64,000 bases of DNA from Myxococcales bacterium (GCA_045863395.1 BTVJ01000030.1:24225-88224); one strand, 5' to 3'. Shown: positions 23,989 through 35,749, numbered from the stretch's first letter. The notes: generated by a model from the letters alone, not told the origin. Numbers and translations: made by a program.

Positions 23989-25131
23989 TCACGGAGTCGC
24001 GGCGCCCCACAGGCCATCGAAGTAGGTCGCCAGGGCTCCGACCGTCCCGGTGTCGCCCGTCAGGGCGCCGGTCTCGTGGTTGTCCTCGAAGCCGCTCCAC
24101 CCCCAGTTGTTGGTGCCGACCACCACCTGATCGTCGACCAGCAGCACCTTGGCGTGGGTGATGGTGTCGGCCGAGTCGAAGCGCGCCGCCACCCCTCGGG
24201 TCGTCAGCCAGGCCTTGGCCTCCGCGTTCACGCCGTTCAGGCCGTCGTCGAAGCTCGACCACTCCAGCAGCACCCGCACGTCCACGCCGCGCTTGGCCGC
24301 GTCCACCAGCAGGCCCATGGTGTCCGAGACGCTCCCCGTGTTCATGCCGTAGGTGATCACCCACACACGGGAGGTGGCCCCACCGATGAGCGGCGTCGCC
24401 ACCGCGCGATAGCCGCCGTCGCCATACGGCTTCACGACCTTGGAGGAAGACGCCGGGACCGCGGGCGCCTTGGAGTCATCGGCCCACAGCGCGTCCGCGT
24501 AGGCCTCCCACCACGCCCCGGCCGCAGCGTCCTCCACCAGCAGGTTGGTCTCGTTGTTGTTCTTCACGGACATCCAGCTCAGGTTGGAGGACCCCACCAG
24601 GGCGTGCGCGCCGTCCACCACCAGCAGCTTGGCGTGGGTGGTGTGCTTCTTCCCGTCCACGCGCGCCCGGCATCCGAGGGCTTCGAGCTGGGGAACCCGC
24701 CCCGGGTTGAAGTCCAGGTCCCCCTCGAGCAGCACCTGGACGTCCACACCCCGCTTGGCCGCCTTGCCTAGCGCCACCAGGACCTGATCGATCGTGCTGT
24801 CGTCGTGCATCTGGTAGTGGACGACGCGGATACGCTCCTCTGCCGCCCCGATGAGGCCCAGCGCGGTGATCAGGTAGTCCTGGTTTGTCACCGCCTGGAC
24901 GCGAGGGGTGCCGTCCCAGCGAACCGGCGGCACGTCCGGCACCGCGACGTCCACCGGGCCGCCGGCGTCCGGCGGGTGGCGCTCCCGGGGCTCGAAGGTG
25001 TCTCCGTCGCTCACGGCAACGCTGTCGGCGCCGGTGGAGCCCACATCCGGGTCGAGGACGTAGGGGGCCGTGTAGGACTCGCCGCCCGTCGAGGCGCAGG
25101 CGCAGAAGAGCAGGGTGAGGGCTACTCGCAT
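23989..25131 (-). CDS. Phospholipase D-like lipoprotein with two HKD motifs
   Basis: HAKLLVVD..GSSN and HAKVLLVD..GTNN; MRVALTLLFCAC lipoprotein-like signal. Confidence 0.88.
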   Translation of the reverse strand: MRVALTLLFCACASTGGESYTAPYVLDPDVGSTGADSVAVSDGDTFEPRERHPPDAGGPVDVAVPDVPPVRWDGTPRVQAVTNQDYLITALGLIGAAEERIRVVHYQMHDDSTIDQVLVALGKAAKRGVDVQVLLEGDLDFNPGRVPQLEALGCRARVDGKKHTTHAKLLVVDGAHALVGSSNLSWMSVKNNNETNLLVEDAAAGAWWEAYADALWADDSKAPAVPASSSKVVKPYGDGGYRAVATPLIGGATSRVWVITYGMNTGSVSDTMGLLVDAAKRGVDVRVLLEWSSFDDGLNGVNAEAKAWLTTRGVAARFDSADTITHAKVLLVDDQVVVGTNNWGWSGFEDNHETGALTGDTGTVGALATYFDGLWGAATP

Positions 25132-26306
25132 CAGCGTCCGGTCGTCACGTCCATGGCGCAGCGTGCGCCGATGTGGGCCCGGCGTGTCGCCGGGATGTGC
25201 GGGTCCCGGCGCGTCGTACGCAGGTCCGCGGGGTCGTCGGAGTAGTAGGAGCCGCCGCGGATGGTGCGCTTGCCCCCGTCGCAATCCGCCGTCCAGGGCG
25301 AGCCATCCGCCGGCGCGCCGTCGAGGGTCGGGTGCCAGCAGTCCTCCACCCACTCCCAGAGGTTCCCAGCCATGTCCAAGGCTCCGAACGGCGACGCGCC
25401 GGCGGCCTGGGTGCCGACCGGGGCCGTGCCTCCCCGGCGGCATCCCCACCCCGCCATTCCCTCCTCTTCGCCGTAGATGGCCGTGCCGTTGGCGCAGCCG
25501 GGCTTCGGGGCGTCGCCCCAGGGCCAGGCGCGGGGGGTCGCCCCGGCAGCCGCCGCCTCCCACTCCGCCTCGGACAGCAGGCGACCGCCGAGGAAGGCGC
25601 ACCCCTCTCGCGCCTGCGCCCATTGCAGCCCGTTCTGAGGGTGGGTGTCCTTGTCACTGCCGTTGACCCCTTGGCTCCCGTCCCAGTCCGCGGCGCTCGG
25701 CTCCGTACACCTGCCGGCGGCCATGCAGGCCCGCCAGGCGCCCACGGTCAGCTCGTGCTTCGCGACCAGCAGGCCCTTGAGGGCGACGCCCCGCGGCGTC
25801 TTCACGCCGCCGGCCAGGGTGTACCAGCCCCCGGGGATCCAGATCCAGGCGTCCAGGGCCTGCCATGGCTCGGTCTGGGGGGCGCGCTGGAGCTCGCAGG
25901 CGCCCGCCCCGTTGCACCGCGCCTCATAGCCGGTGACGACGGGGCAGGTCACGCCCCCGCAGGCGGGCAGCGGAGGCTTGCCCCGGGCGGTCAGCGCCTG
26001 GCGAACGCGGGTCACCACGAGCGTCCGCTCCTCGCCTCTGGGGTCGGAGATCAGGAACTCGGCGAAGGCCGCCAGCGCCTCCGAGGTCATGCCCGCCTCC
26101 TGGTAGGAGCGGCCCACGTTGTAGATGAGGACCGGCTCGGCGCGGAGCTCGTAGGCCTCACGGAGCAGCTCCGCCGAGCGCACGAACATTCGCTGGTCGA
26201 AGGCCGCGCGTGCCTCGTTGGCCAGGCGCTCCCAGGGGGCCGGCTCGTCGGCGGCGGCGGTGGCGCCCAGGAGCAGCGCGGCGATCAGGGCGAGGGCGCG
26301 CATCAC
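25131..26306 (-). CDS. TPR + formylglycine-generating enzyme (SUMF1)-like domain protein
   Basis: Signal peptide, LIYNVGRSY TPR; RLLSEAEWEAAA, PFGALDMAGNLWEW, RGGS, GARC. Confidence 0.88.
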   Translation of the reverse strand: MMRALALIAALLLGATAAADEPAPWERLANEARAAFDQRMFVRSAELLREAYELRAEPVLIYNVGRSYQEAGMTSEALAAFAEFLISDPRGEERTLVVTRVRQALTARGKPPLPACGGVTCPVVTGYEARCNGAGACELQRAPQTEPWQALDAWIWIPGGWYTLAGGVKTPRGVALKGLLVAKHELTVGAWRACMAAGRCTEPSAADWDGSQGVNGSDKDTHPQNGLQWAQAREGCAFLGGRLLSEAEWEAAAAGATPRAWPWGDAPKPGCANGTAIYGEEEGMAGWGCRRGGTAPVGTQAAGASPFGALDMAGNLWEWVEDCWHPTLDGAPADGSPWTADCDGGKRTIRGGSYYSDDPADLRTTRRDPHIPATRRAHIGARCAMDVTTGR

Positions 26307-27814
26307 CAGGGCTCCAGGGCTCGGGGGCGGTCCGGGAGAGGCGTGGGGCGCGGTCGTTTGGTGGTCACGCGAGGTGTGGGAACCGCGGGGCGCCCCGCGT
26401 CGCCGACGCTCGCAAGGGGCGGGGCCTCCGCCTCCACGCGCCGGCCCTGGGGGGCGGGAGTCTCCGCGTCCCTGCGCTCCAGGGGGCGGGCCAGGATCAC
26501 CGGCGGGGTCGCTGCGGGCGCGCTCGGTGGCTCGGCGGCCGGGCCCGCCGCTCCACCGGACGGTGTGGCGGAAGGTCCCGGCGCGACCGCGGGTCCGCTC
26601 ACCGTCCGTGGCGCCGAGTCCCCACCGGGCGCCATGCGTGCCTCGGCGGTCTCAGCGGGCGGCCTCGCGGCAGGCTCGTGCCGGTCGTCCCGCTGCGCCC
26701 CCGCGAAGATCCCGACGGCCAGCGCCGCGAGGGGCACGACGACGGCCGCCACCATCATCCCCACACGGCGCGGGCGGGCGGCGGCGTCGGTCTGCACGGG
26801 CTCCGGGGCAGCGGCCGCCCGACGCAGTGGCGTGGGCGTGGGGACCACCTCCGTGGGGCGGTCGTCGACCTCCGGGGCGGCCACCACGTGAGTGCCGGCG
26901 CGGGGGCGCTCGAAGGGCGTGGTGTCGGCGGGCGCCAGACCCATGGACCGCGCCACCTCGTCCAGCGCCACGATCACCGCGTTCGCCGACGGGTGCCGAT
27001 CAGCGGGCGACTTGGCCAGGAGGCGCAGGATCAGCGCATCGAGGGCCGCCGGGACCCGCGGCATGAGCGCCGAGGGCGGGCGCGGGGTCTCGTGCAGGTG
27101 CTTGTAGAGCAGGCTGAGCGGCGTGGTCGCAGAGAACGGCGGTGAGCCGGTGACCGCCTGGTACAGCACGCAGCCCAGCGCGTAGAGGTCGGTGCGCCCG
27201 TCGACCAGGCCGTCCTCCGCCTGCTCGGGGGCCATGTAGTCGGGGGTCCCGAGGAGCAGGCCCGTCGCGGTGAGCGCCCTTCTCTCCTCCGGCGCTCCTT
27301 CCGCAAAGCGCGCGAGCCCGAAGTCGAGGACCTTCACGTAGTCCTGCTCGCCGTAGGGGGACGTGAGCATCAGGTTGTCCGGCTTGATGTCCCGGTGGAC
27401 GATGCCCTTGTCGTGGGCGGCCCCGAGCGCCTTGGCCGCCTGCCGCGCGATGCGCACCGCCCGATCCGGCGCGAGGGCCCCCTCACGGGCGATGGCCTGC
27501 CGCAGCGTCTCGCCCTGCAACAGCTCCATGGCGTAGAACAGCTCCCCGTCCGTCGCCTGGCCGAAGTCGTAGACGCGCACGGTGTGGGGGTGCTCGATGA
27601 GGGCCGTGGCGCTCAGCTCGCGCCGGAACCGCTCCGCGGCGTTGGCCCCCGCCGCCAGGTCGCCGCGGACGACCTTGAGGGCGACGAGGCGGTCCGGGGA
27701 CTGCTGCCGCGCGCGGTAGACCTTGCCCATGCCGCCGGTGGCGATCAGGCTCTCGACGCGGTAGCGCCCTGCAAACAGGCGCCCGATCAGGGGATCTACG
27801 CGGGTGCTCGCCAT
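26303..27814 (-). CDS. Membrane Ser/Thr protein kinase
   Basis: [28 protein letters not shown] then Pro/Ala-rich tail. Confidence 0.93.
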   Translation of the reverse strand: MASTRVDPLIGRLFAGRYRVESLIATGGMGKVYRARQQSPDRLVALKVVRGDLAAGANAAERFRRELSATALIEHPHTVRVYDFGQATDGELFYAMELLQGETLRQAIAREGALAPDRAVRIARQAAKALGAAHDKGIVHRDIKPDNLMLTSPYGEQDYVKVLDFGLARFAEGAPEERRALTATGLLLGTPDYMAPEQAEDGLVDGRTDLYALGCVLYQAVTGSPPFSATTPLSLLYKHLHETPRPPSALMPRVPAALDALILRLLAKSPADRHPSANAVIVALDEVARSMGLAPADTTPFERPRAGTHVVAAPEVDDRPTEVVPTPTPLRRAAAAPEPVQTDAAARPRRVGMMVAAVVVPLAALAVGIFAGAQRDDRHEPAARPPAETAEARMAPGGDSAPRTVSGPAVAPGPSATPSGGAAGPAAEPPSAPAATPPVILARPLERRDAETPAPQGRRVEAEAPPLASVGDAGRPAVPTPRVTTKRPRPTPLPDRPRALEPW

Positions 27815-27878
27815 CCGTCCTCGTGCTCGGAGCCGACAGGGTACGCAGGCTACCAGAACGTCCCGGGAACCACCACCA

Positions 27879-27908
27879 TTGCCGCCCCGCGCGCTGCTCT
27901 GGTATGCT
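27879..27908 (+). promoter_or_regulatory. Putative sigma70 promoter of the mutase gene
   Basis: TTGCCG-18 nt-TATGCT with extended -10 TG; the same TGGTATGCT occurs at 35949-35957 upstream of the DUF4157 gene. Confidence 0.4.
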
Positions 27909-27940
27909 GCGCGCCCACCTCGGGCCCCTGGGAGGCGCGC

Positions 27941-29593
<1,653 letters not shown>

Positions 29594-29602
29594 CGGCGGC
29601 CG

Positions 29603-29653
29603 GTCAGCGGTCGGCCGGGCTCCTCTTGGGGGGCGAGGACCGGGACCGCTGAC
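29603..29653. terminator. Hairpin between convergent mutase and reductase genes
   Basis: GTCAGCGGTC / GACCGCTGAC outer stem with inner TCCTC/GAGGA; no U-tract. Confidence 0.35.
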
Positions 29654-29661
29654 GGCCGGGC

Positions 29662-30408
29662 TCACATCACCAGGCCGCCGTCCACGTCCACGACGCGCCC
29701 GTTGAAGTAGTCGCACTCGATGATGAACCTCGCGGCGAGCCAGATGTCCTCGGGGAGGCCGATGCGCCCGACGGGGATGGCGGCGACCAGGGCGTCGCGG
29801 GCCTTCTGGTTCATGCCCTGGGTCATGGGGGTCTCCACCATGCCGGGGGCGATGGCGCCCACGCGGATGCGGAATGGAGCGAACTCCCGCGCCCACGTCA
29901 CGGTGTTGGCCGCGAGCGCCGCCTTGGCCGACACGTAGTTGGACTGGCCCCGGTTCCCGTGCCGCGCCACCGACGACATGTTGATGATGACGCCCGGGCC
30001 GGAGTCCGTCTCGGCGATCTTCGCGGCCACCTCGCGCACCATGAAGGTGGCGCCGCTCAGGTTCACGCCGATGACCGCTGCCCACGCCTCGTCGGAGAGC
30101 TTCCTCACCTCGCCCGTCGCGCGGTCCTTCTTGACGAGGAGGCCGTCGCGCAGGATGCCCGCGTTGTTGACCAGGCCGTTGAGGCCGCCCATGGCGTCAT
30201 GGGCCCAGGCGACGAAGGACTCGCAGTCGGCGGAGCTGGAGACGTCCAGCCGGCGCCGATGGATGCCCGCGGGGAGCTCCGCCATGACCGCCTCGTTCAT
30301 GTCGCCGACGGCCACCTGCGCCCCCGCCTCGTGGAGGCGGCGCGCCATGTGCGCCCCGATGCCCTGCGCTCCGCCGGTGACGATTATCTTCAGTTCATTC
30401 AGTTGCAT
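29662..30408 (-). CDS. fabG: SDR 3-oxoacyl-ACP/CoA reductase (FabG-like; probable PhaB role)
   Basis: TGGAQGIG, NNAGILRD, GQSNYVSAK (YxxxK); start overlaps phaC end. Confidence 0.85.
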   Translation of the reverse strand: MQLNELKIIVTGGAQGIGAHMARRLHEAGAQVAVGDMNEAVMAELPAGIHRRRLDVSSSADCESFVAWAHDAMGGLNGLVNNAGILRDGLLVKKDRATGEVRKLSDEAWAAVIGVNLSGATFMVREVAAKIAETDSGPGVIINMSSVARHGNRGQSNYVSAKAALAANTVTWAREFAPFRIRVGAIAPGMVETPMTQGMNQKARDALVAAIPVGRIGLPEDIWLAARFIIECDYFNGRVVDVDGGLVM

Positions 30409-31382
30409 AGCCTGCTCCTCAGCCACGAAGTGAGTTCGGGGTACAGCACGGTGGTCGCCTTGCTTCCGACGACGGCGCCCACGTGCCCGCCGGGAACCGT
30501 AAATACCCGCTTGTCGCTGGAACCGCAACGGTCATTGAGCGCGGTCGCGGCCGGTGGGGGGCAGATCGTGTCGCGGGATGTCACCACCGTCATGACGGGG
30601 CAGCGGATGGCCCCCAGATCCACGCGGCGCCCGGCGACCACGTGGGTCCCCGCCACGAGCTGGTTCTCTTGATAGAGGTCGTGGATGTAGCGCTGGTAGG
30701 CCGCCGCGGGGAACGGGATGTTGTCGCCCGCCCAGGCCTCGAGCGCCTCGAAGGCGAGCCGGTCCGCGGGGCTGTGCGCCCGGTCGAGGAAGCCGACCCA
30801 CTTGGCGAGCTGCGACGTGGGGCGCATGGCGACGAAGCCGCTCTGCATCTGCGCCGGTGAGAGGTTGCCCGCCGCCGTGAGGCCCGAGGGGTCGAACCAC
30901 CGGGGATCCACCATGTGGCGCAGCACCCCGCCCTCGGAGAAGTCGATGGGGCCCGCCAGGTTGACCAGCGCCGCCACCTGGTCCGGGTGGAGCGCGGTCC
31001 AGATGGCGGAGACCGTGCCGCCCATGCAGTAGCCGAGCACGCCCACCTTCGGGGCGCCGGTCTCCCGCTTGACGCGCCGCACCATGCGGCCGATGCGCGC
31101 GATGACGTCGTCCCACTCCAGGTAGCGGTCCTCGTCGTTGGGGATGCCCCAGTCGAGGCACCAGGTATCGAGGCCCGACTCCACGAGCGCCGACGCCAGG
31201 GACGCGCCTTCGCGCAGGTCCAGCACGTACCAGCGGTTGATCATGGACGGGATGAGGAGCAGGGGGAGGCCCGGGTCCGGCGCCCTCTGGCCGCGGAAGC
31301 GGGTGAGCTGCGCCGTCCCGTCCCGGAGCACGGTGTCCCTCGGGGTGGGCATCAGGGGTAGAGCGGGGCTCGCGAGGAGCAT
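30399..31382 (-). CDS. phaC: PHA synthase, class III-like PhaC subunit (copy 1)
   Basis: PSMINRWYVLDL, DWG, lipase box GYCMGG, Asp in RDTIC, GGHVG; GAGGAG RBS. Confidence 0.85.
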   Translation of the reverse strand: MLLASPALPLMPTPRDTVLRDGTAQLTRFRGQRAPDPGLPLLLIPSMINRWYVLDLREGASLASALVESGLDTWCLDWGIPNDEDRYLEWDDVIARIGRMVRRVKRETGAPKVGVLGYCMGGTVSAIWTALHPDQVAALVNLAGPIDFSEGGVLRHMVDPRWFDPSGLTAAGNLSPAQMQSGFVAMRPTSQLAKWVGFLDRAHSPADRLAFEALEAWAGDNIPFPAAAYQRYIHDLYQENQLVAGTHVVAGRRVDLGAIRCPVMTVVTSRDTICPPPAATALNDRCGSSDKRVFTVPGGHVGAVVGSKATTVLYPELTSWLRSRLCN

Positions 31383-31393
31383 GGGGACTCCTC

Positions 31394-31744
31394 TCAGGCG
31401 GCGAGCTTGGACTTCACGGCCTCGGCGGCCTGCCGCGTGGCGTCCATGGTGACCTTGCGCCACTCCGTGCCGAGCGTGTTGGCGTAGGTGACCGTCTCCT
31501 TCACCAGCTTCGCGGTCTCGTCGATGGCGGTCATGGTCTGCGCGAGCGCCTTCTCGTTGAGCTTGCCGACCTCCTCGAAGAGGGAGCCCATGCGCGCCAT
31601 CTGGTCGTCCATCAGCTTCTTCCAGGCGTTGAGCGCCTCGTGCGCCTGCTGGGCGCCGGTGAACGGGGGGAACGCCGTGAACGGGGGGACGCTCTGGTCG
31701 GCGGACTTTGCGCTGCTCTTGGTGCTCTCGCTGGTCGTGCTCAT
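31394..31744 (-). CDS. Phasin-like small helical protein
   Basis: 116 aa amphipathic helical, Ala/Lys/Thr-rich; first gene upstream of phaC; PhaR-type boxes in its promoter. Confidence 0.6.
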   Translation of the reverse strand: MSTTSESTKSSAKSADQSVPPFTAFPPFTGAQQAHEALNAWKKLMDDQMARMGSLFEEVGKLNEKALAQTMTAIDETAKLVKETVTYANTLGTEWRKVTMDATRQAAEAVKSKLAA

Positions 31745-31814
31745 GGTGGTCTCCTCTCGGGTCTTCGTGGGCGGCGTCAGTGCCACCAGACGAGAGCGAG
31801 GATAGGGCGCGTGT

Positions 31815-31850
31815 TGCAGTGCGTCAAGGTGTTATTTTGCAGTGCAGCAA
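31815..31850. promoter_or_regulatory. Putative PhaR operator (TGC-N3-GCA boxes)
   Basis: TGCAGTGCG at 31815 and TGCAGTGCA at 31838; 31834-31850 reverse complement matches 42626-42642 at 15/17. Confidence 0.65.
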
Positions 31851-31902
31851 ATTTTTCAATCATGGCAGGGCGCCCCCGGGAAGCAGTGGCGCTGCCTCGT
31901 CG

Positions 31903-32349
31903 CTACGGCCGCCGGCCAAGCCACGCCCGCCACGCCGCGGCGTCCGTGCCCAGGCGCTGCCCGGTGAGCACCTCCAGGGCCGCGGCGACCCGGCCGCGCT
32001 CCTCGTCACCCCACGCCGGGGTCCCGAGCGACGCCACCAGCAGCTCCAGGTGGCCGAGGGCCGGGGTACGGCGCATGATCTCCACCACTACGGAGCGCCG
32101 CGCCGGGTCCGACGACACCACGCCCTCGTGCAGCTCCGAGAGGCAGAGCCGGTCCATGGCCGCCGCGGCCGCCGCCACCTGGGGCTCGGCCGCTCCGTCG
32201 AGGCGCTGCGCCGTCGCCGCCGCATCGACCAGCGCCCGGCACCGCTCCACCACCGCGAGCTGTTCGCCCGGGCCCGGCTTCGCCCCGCAGGCCCCCGCCG
32301 CCGCCGCGATCACCGCCAGCGCCCGCGCGCCGACCCACATGCTGCTCAT
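31903..32349 (-). CDS. Small helical lipoprotein of unknown function
   Basis: Lipobox AGAC; GGAGG RBS; ATGA overlap with ATPase stop; C-terminal LEVLTGQRLGTDAAAWRAW. Confidence 0.65.
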   Translation of the reverse strand: MSSMWVGARALAVIAAAAGACGAKPGPGEQLAVVERCRALVDAAATAQRLDGAAEPQVAAAAAAMDRLCLSELHEGVVSSDPARRSVVVEIMRRTPALGHLELLVASLGTPAWGDEERGRVAAALEVLTGQRLGTDAAAWRAWLGRRP

Positions 32350-34535
32350 GGCTTCCTCCTTGGGACGATCTCCCGCACGACCTTGCCGAGGGACTGGTAC
32401 TCCTCGTTGGCGGCGCGCAGCAGGTGCGCCTGCGTGATGGGCTCCTCCGCCAGCGCCGCCAGGAAGGCCGCGCGGAGCACCGCGTTGGCGATGTGGCCGC
32501 CCGAGAGATCGAAGTCCTCGCCGAGCCCTGCGAAGTCGATGGGCGCCGCGCCGAGGGCCACCCGCGGCACCAGCAGCTCCCAGAGCCTGGCGCGCTCGAC
32601 GGGACCCGGCGCCGCGAAGTGGACCCGGTGGTTGATGCGCCGCACAAAGGCGGTGTCCATGCTCGCCTCCAGGTTCGTCGTCAGGATGGCGACCCCCTCG
32701 AAGCGCTCGATGCGCTGAAGGAGGTAGCTGGTCTCCTGGTTCGCGTACCGGTCGTGGGAGGAGCTGACGGACGTGCGCGTCGCGAACAGCGAGTCGGCCT
32801 CGTCGAACAGGAGCAGCGCCCGGCGCGACGCCAGCTCGTCGAAGAGCGCGCCCAGGTTCTTCTCCGTTTCGCCGATGAACTTGGACACCACCTGCGACAG
32901 GTCCACCCGCAGCAGCTCCAGGTCGAGCATGCGCGCCAGGATCCGCGCCGCGTGGGTCTTTCCCGTTCCGGGCGGCCCGTGGAACAGCGCCGTCAGGCCA
33001 CGGCGCGGGATGCGGCGCCCGAGGCCCCAGGTGCCGAACACGAGCTCCGCGTGCTGGTGCTGCGCGACGATCAGCTCGAGGCGCTCGCGCACCTCGGGCG
33101 ACACGACCAGCTCGTCGAGGGACCCGCCGGGGGTCATCCGCTCGACGAGGGGTCCGAGGCGCTCGCCGGTGTGCGCCTCCAGCGCGTCCTCGATGAGCCG
33201 CCCCACGTCGCCCCGGCCGCTCCCGGCGAGGCGCAGCGACTGCACGACCGAGCGGATCGTGCCGCCCGTCACGCGGTAGCGGGCCGCCAGCCATGCCGGG
33301 TCGAGCCCCTCGGCGCCCGGAAGGCGTCGCATGGCCTGCGTCCAGAGGGACGTGCGGGTCTCATGATCCGGGCGCGAGAGCTGCGCCGCCATGACGGCCC
33401 GCGGGCGCAGGTCCAGGGAGGGGCGCTGCTCCGTGTCGACGCACACGACGAGGGGAAGCGGGTCGCGCTCGGTCAGAGCGCGCAGGCGGTCCGCCGTCAC
33501 CGGGTCGAGGGCCTCGCTGAAGTGCAGGACCAGCAACGCGCGGAGGAGCCGGGCCTCCCGGGCGAGCTTCACGAGCGCCTCGTCACTGAGGCGCGCGCGC
33601 CGCGCGTCGGCAATCAGCGCCGCGCCGCCAAGGCGGGACGCCAGGGCAGACGCCACCGTCCGCTTGCCCGTGCCCTCGGGCCCATACAGCAGTAGCACGG
33701 GCGAACCCGCCGGCAGGGTGCCCTGCTCCGCCGCGGACACGAAGGTGTCGGCGGCGCCTTGGAGGCGTGCGCGGACCTCCTCGGAGAGGATCAGGCCGCG
33801 GGTGATCTCCGGGTGGCCGGTGGTCGGCGGTGACAAGGTCGCGAGCCCCTCCAGGGCGGGGTCGAGGCCCGTATCGTCCCGCAGGAACTCCACTACCCGG
33901 CGCGCCGGGACGAGCTCCATGCGCAGCACGCCGATGCGGTCCGGGTCGTCGACGAGCGGCGGGCAGAGCAGCCGGTGGCGAAGCAGCGGCGCGTCGATGC
34001 GCAGCGCGTCGCGCACGGCGTCTCGCTCGCCCTCGGTCGTGGCGAGCAGCGCGAGGGCCAGCGCGCCGTCGGGGGCCTGCCGCGTCACGTCGTCCTGGAG
34101 GAACGCCACGGTCCGGCGCACGGCCTCCGACAGCTCGGCGGCCGTCGCGAGCACCAGGAGCGCCGACGCCGTGGAGTCGAGCCCGAAGGCGTCGCGCACG
34201 CTGGCGAGCGGCAGAGGCACTCCGCAGGTGGCCGAGGCCCGCTCGCGGGCAGCGACGACCGCGTCCAAGTGCGCGACCGCCGCGCGGAGGCGCTCCACCT
34301 CCGCGCCCTGGGGCGCCTGGGCTGGGGGGCGGACGGCGGCTGGGGGGGCGAAGAAGCTCCCCGCCCACCGGTCGGGACGCTCCACGAGCAGCCCCGCCTC
34401 CTGGGCGGCGGCCACATGCAGCAGGAGGCGCAAGCGGACGCCCTCCACCAGGGCGCCGAGGTGCTCGCGGCCCGTGGTGAACAGCCCCGTCAGCGGCTCG
34501 CAGAGCCAGGCGTCGAGCTCCGCCTGCGGGATCAT
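32346..34535 (-). CDS. eCIS/Afp15-like (CDC48-type) double AAA+ ATPase
   Basis: Walker A1 GPEGTGKR (Walker B degenerate); Walker A2 GPPGTGKT, LLFDEADSLF, SKFIGETEKNL, DRYANQETSYLLQRIE. Confidence 0.88.
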   Translation of the reverse strand: MIPQAELDAWLCEPLTGLFTTGREHLGALVEGVRLRLLLHVAAAQEAGLLVERPDRWAGSFFAPPAAVRPPAQAPQGAEVERLRAAVAHLDAVVAARERASATCGVPLPLASVRDAFGLDSTASALLVLATAAELSEAVRRTVAFLQDDVTRQAPDGALALALLATTEGERDAVRDALRIDAPLLRHRLLCPPLVDDPDRIGVLRMELVPARRVVEFLRDDTGLDPALEGLATLSPPTTGHPEITRGLILSEEVRARLQGAADTFVSAAEQGTLPAGSPVLLLYGPEGTGKRTVASALASRLGGAALIADARRARLSDEALVKLAREARLLRALLVLHFSEALDPVTADRLRALTERDPLPLVVCVDTEQRPSLDLRPRAVMAAQLSRPDHETRTSLWTQAMRRLPGAEGLDPAWLAARYRVTGGTIRSVVQSLRLAGSGRGDVGRLIEDALEAHTGERLGPLVERMTPGGSLDELVVSPEVRERLELIVAQHQHAELVFGTWGLGRRIPRRGLTALFHGPPGTGKTHAARILARMLDLELLRVDLSQVVSKFIGETEKNLGALFDELASRRALLLFDEADSLFATRTSVSSSHDRYANQETSYLLQRIERFEGVAILTTNLEASMDTAFVRRINHRVHFAAPGPVERARLWELLVPRVALGAAPIDFAGLGEDFDLSGGHIANAVLRAAFLAALAEEPITQAHLLRAANEEYQSLGKVVREIVPRRKP

Positions 34536-34912
34536 GGGGTCTCCTCCCTGGGCGCAACGAACGCCAGCAAGACGGCGGGCCCACCCCCTGCGGCCTCCGC
34601 GTAGGCGCGCCCCAGCGCGGTGGCGTCTCCGTAGCCGTGGGAGTCCTCCGCACGAAAGAGCGACTCCCCGATGGCCCGAGCGAGCCACGTCCGCAGCGCC
34701 TGCCTCCCAGGCCACCCGCCAAACAGACGGGCGTCGAGCACCACCGTCCCCGTGGCCTCGTCGAAGAGCCCGAGCCGCTCACCCGGGAGGCGCGCCTTGA
34801 CGTAGGCAACGACCGCCGGGTTCCCGGTCACGTGGGCGTCGGGGAGGCGCTCCAGCTCGTCCCAGAGCCGCTCCAGATCGCTCGCCTCCCATGGCACGCG
34901 GGTCGCTCGCAC
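34532..34912 (-). CDS. Small protein resembling an inactive copy of the DUF4157 protein's C-terminal peptidase domain
   Basis: Fills the gap between CpXC and ATPase genes, ATGA overlap; DLERLWDELERLPDAHVTGN vs DLGRLWTILDRLPESQIEDN. Confidence 0.65.
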   Translation of the reverse strand: MRATRVPWEASDLERLWDELERLPDAHVTGNPAVVAYVKARLPGERLGLFDEATGTVVLDARLFGGWPGRQALRTWLARAIGESLFRAEDSHGYGDATALGRAYAEAAGGGPAVLLAFVAPREETP

Positions 34913-35749
34913 TCAGCTCTCCTCGTGGGTCGGCCGGCCCTGGGGGAGCGTCGAGTCCACGGGGGCCGGCGCCATCAGGACGGCCCCGGGGGAGCCGCCT
35001 GGTGGGGCGATTGTCTGCGTCGACGCCGCCAGCAGGTCGGACCAGCGCGCCGCGGCCTCGACCGCACGCGCGTCATGCAGGGGTGGGTAGAGCACGCGGT
35101 CCAGGTGCACGAAGGCCCCCTCGAACAGCTCGGGCGTCCGCTCCCGGTACTCGTCCAGGCGTGCGACGACCCGGTCGTAGAGCTGCCGGCCGCAGCCGAC
35201 CCGCTGGATGTCGCTCGTGCCCCTCACGCGCACCTCCAGCTCGAAGCGCTCTGCCCCTGGCAGGAGCCGCACCGCCATGCCGGGCCGCATGAGCCCTGGG
35301 TGGCGGGCGAGCACCCGCAGCTTCACGAGCTCGACGGCCCGGTCGTCGAGGCCGGCGTCCCAGGCGTGGAGCTTCTCCGCGAGCTGGTCGTAGCCGAACA
35401 CGAGGCGCACCACGAAGCGAGGAGCCAGGGCCTGGATCATGGGTGGGGCGGCGCGCACCACGACGCGCTCGAACTCGGCCAGCAGCTCGCGCTCCAGGAC
35501 GCTCCAGCTCGCGGTCCACTCCTGGGGGCAGACGCCGACCCAGTGGAAGCGGGCGAAGTCCGTATAGAGCAGCTTCTTCTCGATGGTGCGCAGCTCCCCG
35601 CACGCCGGGCAGGCGGCGCGGTGGAACGTGCCATCGAGGATCCGCGCGCGCACCTCCGGCAGGCGCGACACGTGGAGGCCGTCGGCGACCTGCGCGCTGA
35701 GCTCGTGCCCGCACGGGCATCTGACCATCCGGGTGGCCCAGGTCGACAT
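34913..35749 (-). CDS. CpXC domain (zinc ribbon) protein
   Basis: RCPCG...PEVRARILDGTFHRAACPACG...LLYTD; RLVFGYDQLAEK. Confidence 0.8.
   Translation of the reverse strand: MSTWATRMVRCPCGHELSAQVADGLHVSRLPEVRARILDGTFHRAACPACGELRTIEKKLLYTDFARFHWVGVCPQEWTASWSVLERELLAEFERVVVRAAPPMIQALAPRFVVRLVFGYDQLAEKLHAWDAGLDDRAVELVKLRVLARHPGLMRPGMAVRLLPGAERFELEVRVRGTSDIQRVGCGRQLYDRVVARLDEYRERTPELFEGAFVHLDRVLYPPLHDARAVEAAARWSDLLAASTQTIAPPGGSPGAVLMAPAPVDSTLPQGRPTHEES

Noticed and set aside
23989..25131. PLD as an anti-phage nuclease
   Set aside because: Has an export signal and lies in a kinase/TPR operon; no helicase or methylase partner
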